From Vicugna vicugna (Eukaryota), in contig MU058844.1 of the NCBI GenBank assembly GCA_013265495.1, positions 13,538,184 through 13,602,183 of the forward strand: a stretch of DNA of 64,000 nucleotides. The letters run 5' to 3'. Shown here one piece after another: positions 62,556-64,000 of the stretch. Under the pieces are notes generated by a model. It was not told the DNA's origin, did not search any database, and saw nothing but the letters and a program-made list of their open reading frames with translations. Within the stretch, counting starts at the first letter, position 1. Each line of letters opens with the position of its first letter. A program made the translations under genes and the position numbers.

Positions 62556-62589
62556 ATCGCTTCTCGGCCTTTTGGCTAAGATCAAGTGT
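62556..62589 (+). pseudogene. 3'-truncated (tailless) U2 snRNA retrocopy, nt 1-34
   Basis: ATCGCTTCTCGGCCTTTTGGCTAAGATCAAGTGT is the U2 5' end; flanked by direct repeat TGTGTACAGAACATTT (62540-62555 and 62587-62602). Confidence 0.95.
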
Positions 62590-63851
62590 GTACAGAACAT
62601 TTCCCCATCCACTAGCTCTTTATAGCCATGGTTGGCTGTCTGTGTTGGTGACATGCTCTTCCACGTATTGGAATGGGCACAGATCCTAGATTGAGCCAGA
62701 GTCTTGCCTGGTCTTTGTCTACATTCTCTGGGTATGGCCATTTGTTCAGGAATGAGATCATGATCCAGGCTAAGCCCATCAGAGTACTTCCTGAGTTTTG
62801 GGAAGGAGCTGGTAAGGCAAATTTTTTCCCCTTCTTTGTAAGATATAAGAACACAGGCCTAGGGTTACTGACTGCCATCTTTCCTGCTACATAGAAAAAT
62901 TTTAAACAGCACCCTAGACAAATACAAAGGCAAGTGACAAACTGGGGATAGATACTGCAACCCATATGATATAGCATGGTGTACTGATTCTTTCACACTC
63001 TCTCAAGCCCTTAGCTGAGACCAGGGTAAACAGAAAACTAACAGGGTATCACAGTATCATCTCTGTCCCCTTCATGATCCCCAAGTTTTCCCTGCAGAGA
63101 TTTACCCATATTGAATAGGGAGTCTTTATGTGTCATTTCCATTGGCTGCCACTCTGCACAACTGCTATAGTAACCATGTAAATGGACTGACAGATAAACA
63201 AGGCCCAAACCCTTGGGAACATCAGACAGTTTTCACTCATGTAAAAGACACGAAAGAATGTCAGGACATAGGGCAGAGGGCAACAATATTCTCCAGGACC
63301 AAGAGGGCGCAGACTTCCTAGTACTAAACCTCACTAGGAGAGGTATGGTGGCAGAGATTAAAGTATAAATGAATGAAGGACTGGAGGCATATGCTGGGAT
63401 ATTCCTGCACATAATGCGGTACAAACACGTGTTGGAGACTGCCTTACCAGGGCCAGGAGCATCTCAACAGTTTCAGCTTTACAATGCAGAATAGAATACG
63501 CGTACTTTAAGAAATTAATCAAATGCTTCTCCATCACACCCAGACCGTCTATGCTAAAATATCCTGGCGAAAGTACCTTCCTGAACTCAGTGCCGTGGAA
63601 ACAGAACAAGGGTAGTTTTCCCAGACATCTCTGGGATTCACACTAAAATCCCTTGAGCTAGCTGAAGGAGACAACCTGTAACTTGTGTAATAAAAATAAG
63701 TATTCTAAGCTATGAAGTGGTACACAAATGCAAGATAATAATAATAATAAATAAAGTCACTGAAGAGAATCAGCCCTTTTCTGTACCTAAGGCTTTATTT
63801 CAGGCGGCTGGGTTACTTCAAGAGGCTGACTTTATGGAAATTTTATGTGTG

Positions 63852-63854
<3 letters not shown>

Positions 63855-63897
<43 letters not shown>
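63855..63897. repeat. (CA)n microsatellite
   Basis: Pure AC run. Confidence 0.95.
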
Positions 63898-63900
<3 letters not shown>

Positions 63901-64000
63901 CAGAGCTCTTGAGAAAAACAAAATAAAGCAGGTGAAAACAAACAAACAAGCAGAAACTACCAAATACAAGAGAACAGTTCATGGCTTTTTTGTATAATTC

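Noticed and set aside
51500..64000. Exons of neighbouring GLIPR1-like paralogs
   Set aside because: I recognised no CAP-domain motifs here; any paralog would lie outside the window.

Overview
Mammalian genomic DNA, most likely a camelid given the repeated tRNA-derived Vic-1-type SINEs. Two intact, convergent protein-coding genes can be spliced by hand. KRR1 is on the + strand (10 coding exons, 19698-31628, 1146 nt, 381 aa). GLIPR1 is on the - strand (6 coding exons, 46095-32641, 801 nt, 266 aa). Their stop codons are about 1 kb apart, and poly(A)-signal positions suggest overlapping 3' UTRs. Just upstream of GLIPR1 lies a decayed class I ERV (pol and env) whose env closely resembles my recollection of MER34-family/HEMO (ERVMER34-1) Env. 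It is interrupted by a younger solo LTR, a SINE and an L1 tail, and followed by more LTR/PBS/internal ERV sequence. The rest is old L1, MaLR/MLT, DNA-transposon and SINE remnants, microsatellites, a tailless U2 retrocopy and one assembly gap. I found no convincing new biological system. The best leads are the HEMO-like env fossil, the KRR1/GLIPR1 antisense overlap and a promoter-like patch in GLIPR1 intron 2. Repeat family names and human comparisons come from memory, and repeat boundaries are approximate.
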